A DNA stretch of 64,000 nucleotides from a virus, in the IMG/VR virus record IMGVR_UViG_3300046727_000675, positions 1 to 64,000 of that record. One strand, given 5' to 3'. Each line of letters starts with the position of its first letter. Position 1 is the stretch's first letter. The notes under the pieces were generated by a model. It was not told the DNA's origin, made no database searches, and was given only the letters and a program-made list of their open reading frames with translations. The position numbers and the translations under genes were made by a program. Below are positions 62,726 to 64,000 of this stretch, piece by piece.

Positions 62726-63009
62726 CCAGCAACGAGCGCGAGCGGATCGCCCTGGACCTCGCCCAGGAGGAGTGCGCCGAGCTGGCCGTGGTCATCTCGA
62801 AGGTGAAGCGCTTCGGGATCCTGTCCGACAACGACGGCAGGATGCCGGCGAACAACCGCGCGCTGCTCATCCAGGAGATGGCCGACGTCGAGTACTTCAT
62901 CAACTTCATGCGCCGCGAGTACAAGGTCGACGAGGACGAGTTCAGGGACGCGTACCACAGGAAGTGCCAGAAGGTGAACAAATATCTGTACCCGGAGGAG
63001 AAGACATGA
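62722..63009 (+). CDS. MazG-like nucleotide pyrophosphohydrolase
   Basis: 'QEECAEL...QEMADV' EExxE/ExxD pattern. Confidence 0.7.
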   Translation: MTSNERERIALDLAQEECAELAVVISKVKRFGILSDNDGRMPANNRALLIQEMADVEYFINFMRREYKVDEDEFRDAYHRKCQKVNKYLYPEEKT

Positions 63010-63380
63010 TGCTACAGACCGAAGTTTCAATTCCCCAGGAGCTGCTGAAGCGGTTCGACGCGCTGACCGCGAAGATCGGCGAGGCCGGCGGCACGGCCTG
63101 GGGCTGGTACGTGCGGCAGTCCGTGATTGACGGAGCAGAGGCGCTGGCCGTGGCGGGCGTTCTTCTCGCCGCCGCCGTCTTTTGTCTGTGGTTCGGGACA
63201 AAACTTCGCCGGACCGCGGACAAGGTGACGATCGACAGCGGCAGGTCCTTGCACGAGGTGTGGTGGCTCGGAAGCGCGATCGCGGGCGCGGCCGCAGTGT
63301 TCTTCACCGCTAACGGCCTCGACCTGCTGCTGAACCCGTCCTACTGGGCGCTGCAGCGTCTTCTTGGAACGAGGTGGTGA
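63006..63380 (+). CDS. Two-TM membrane protein
   Basis: Two hydrophobic helices; 'LNPSYWAL'. Confidence 0.6.
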   Translation: MMLQTEVSIPQELLKRFDALTAKIGEAGGTAWGWYVRQSVIDGAEALAVAGVLLAAAVFCLWFGTKLRRTADKVTIDSGRSLHEVWWLGSAIAGAAAVFFTANGLDLLLNPSYWALQRLLGTRW

Positions 63381-63383
63381 CCG

Positions 63384-63602
63384 ATGGCCCTTCGTAATGA
63401 ATCCGGCGAAGACAACGACTCGCGCGTCGCCGAGGCGCGCGACATCATGAGGATCGTCGAGGACGAGACCGAGAAGCTGTCGGGGCGCGAGACGCAGTTC
63501 GTCGAGTCGATCGCCGACCAGCTGACATTCGCGGTTCCGAGCATCAGCGCAAAACAAATCTTCTGGCTGCGCGACATCAAGGACAAGGTGGTGGGATCGT
63601 GA
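63384..63602 (+). CDS. Hypothetical protein
   Basis: GAGGTG RBS; 'SAKQIFWL'. Confidence 0.6.
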   Translation: MALRNESGEDNDSRVAEARDIMRIVEDETEKLSGRETQFVESIADQLTFAVPSISAKQIFWLRDIKDKVVGS

Positions 63603-63784
63603 AGATCAAGCGGCATCCGGTCCAGCCGGAAGACGTGAAGCTCGCCTATGACCTGACCATGTCGCTTGGCTCGCCGTCCGACGGCGCGTTCCACTGCCTG
63701 ATGGCGTCGCACCTGAACCTGATCCTGGGGCGTCGCACCCTGCTCTCGCGGGTGAAACGATTTTTCACGAGGAGACAACCATGA
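63599..63784 (+). CDS. Hypothetical protein
   Basis: Coupled overlaps at both ends. Confidence 0.45.
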   Translation: MKIKRHPVQPEDVKLAYDLTMSLGSPSDGAFHCLMASHLNLILGRRTLLSRVKRFFTRRQP

Positions 63785-64000
63785 AGGTCGGCACAAAGTC
63801 CGTCCTGTACGGCGCGCACTGCTTCCTGCTCCACCCGTGGTTCGTCGCCGCGGGCTGGCGCCGGCTCTACGGCTTCCCGTGGGATCCGCGCCTGTGGGTG
63901 GCGTTCTTCGTCCATGACCTCGGCTACTGGGGCAAGCCAAACATGGACGGGCCGGAGGGCGAGCTTCACCCGTTCCTGGGCGCGAAGATCATGGGACGTC
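63781..64000 (+). CDS. Possible HD-domain protein, truncated by the window end
   Basis: Manual translation MKVGTKSVLYGAHCFLLHP...FFVHDLGYWGKPNMDGPEGELHP; GAGGAG RBS. Confidence 0.6.
   Translation, partial: MKVGTKSVLYGAHCFLLHPWFVAAGWRRLYGFPWDPRLWVAFFVHDLGYWGKPNMDGPEGELHPFLGAKIMGR

Noticed and set aside
1-64000. Integrase, att sites, tRNA, rRNA or alternative genetic code
   Set aside because: None recognised by eye. Genes read through normally in the standard code, with TAG, TGA and TAA all used as stops. Lifestyle and host cannot be determined from this window.

Overview
The window is about 64 kb of a GC-rich, tailed dsDNA bacteriophage or prophage. Morphology is probably siphovirus-like: there is a tail tube, a tape measure and a GTA-like DUF2460/DUF2163/NlpC/tip module, and no sheath was seen. 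Almost all genes lie on the + strand. Gene order: D5/P4-type primase-helicase (probably cut at the window start); AT-rich inverted-repeat region; terS; terL; a 4.7 kb accessory insert (ECF sigma factor, two Tat-signal proteins, LuxR regulator); portal; MuF-like head protein; prohead protease; scaffold; major capsid protein; a nine-gene glycan synthesis/modification cluster; signal-peptide-bearing fibre/Fn3 proteins; neck, tail and lysis genes; early genes behind two sigma70-like promoters; a nucleotide/DNA modification cluster; family A DNA polymerase. The most striking feature is in the head module. The portal, MuF and protease genes read as polyproteins carrying accessory domains: four ADP-ribosyltransferase-like domains, an Acb1-like 2H phosphoesterase, a HiPIP-like domain and a His-rich domain. 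The ART-like and His-rich domains each follow one of five copies of a 14-aa tag, K-YS[ED]D[EQ]xRD[ED]xGR[WF], and several sit in visibly AT-richer DNA. This suggests a swappable, protease-released virion cargo system. A small Tat-signal protein also carries an ungapped 36-aa homologue of a portal segment. No integrase, tRNA, rRNA, CRISPR array or reverse transcriptase was seen. All functional calls come from motifs recognised by eye, not from database searches.
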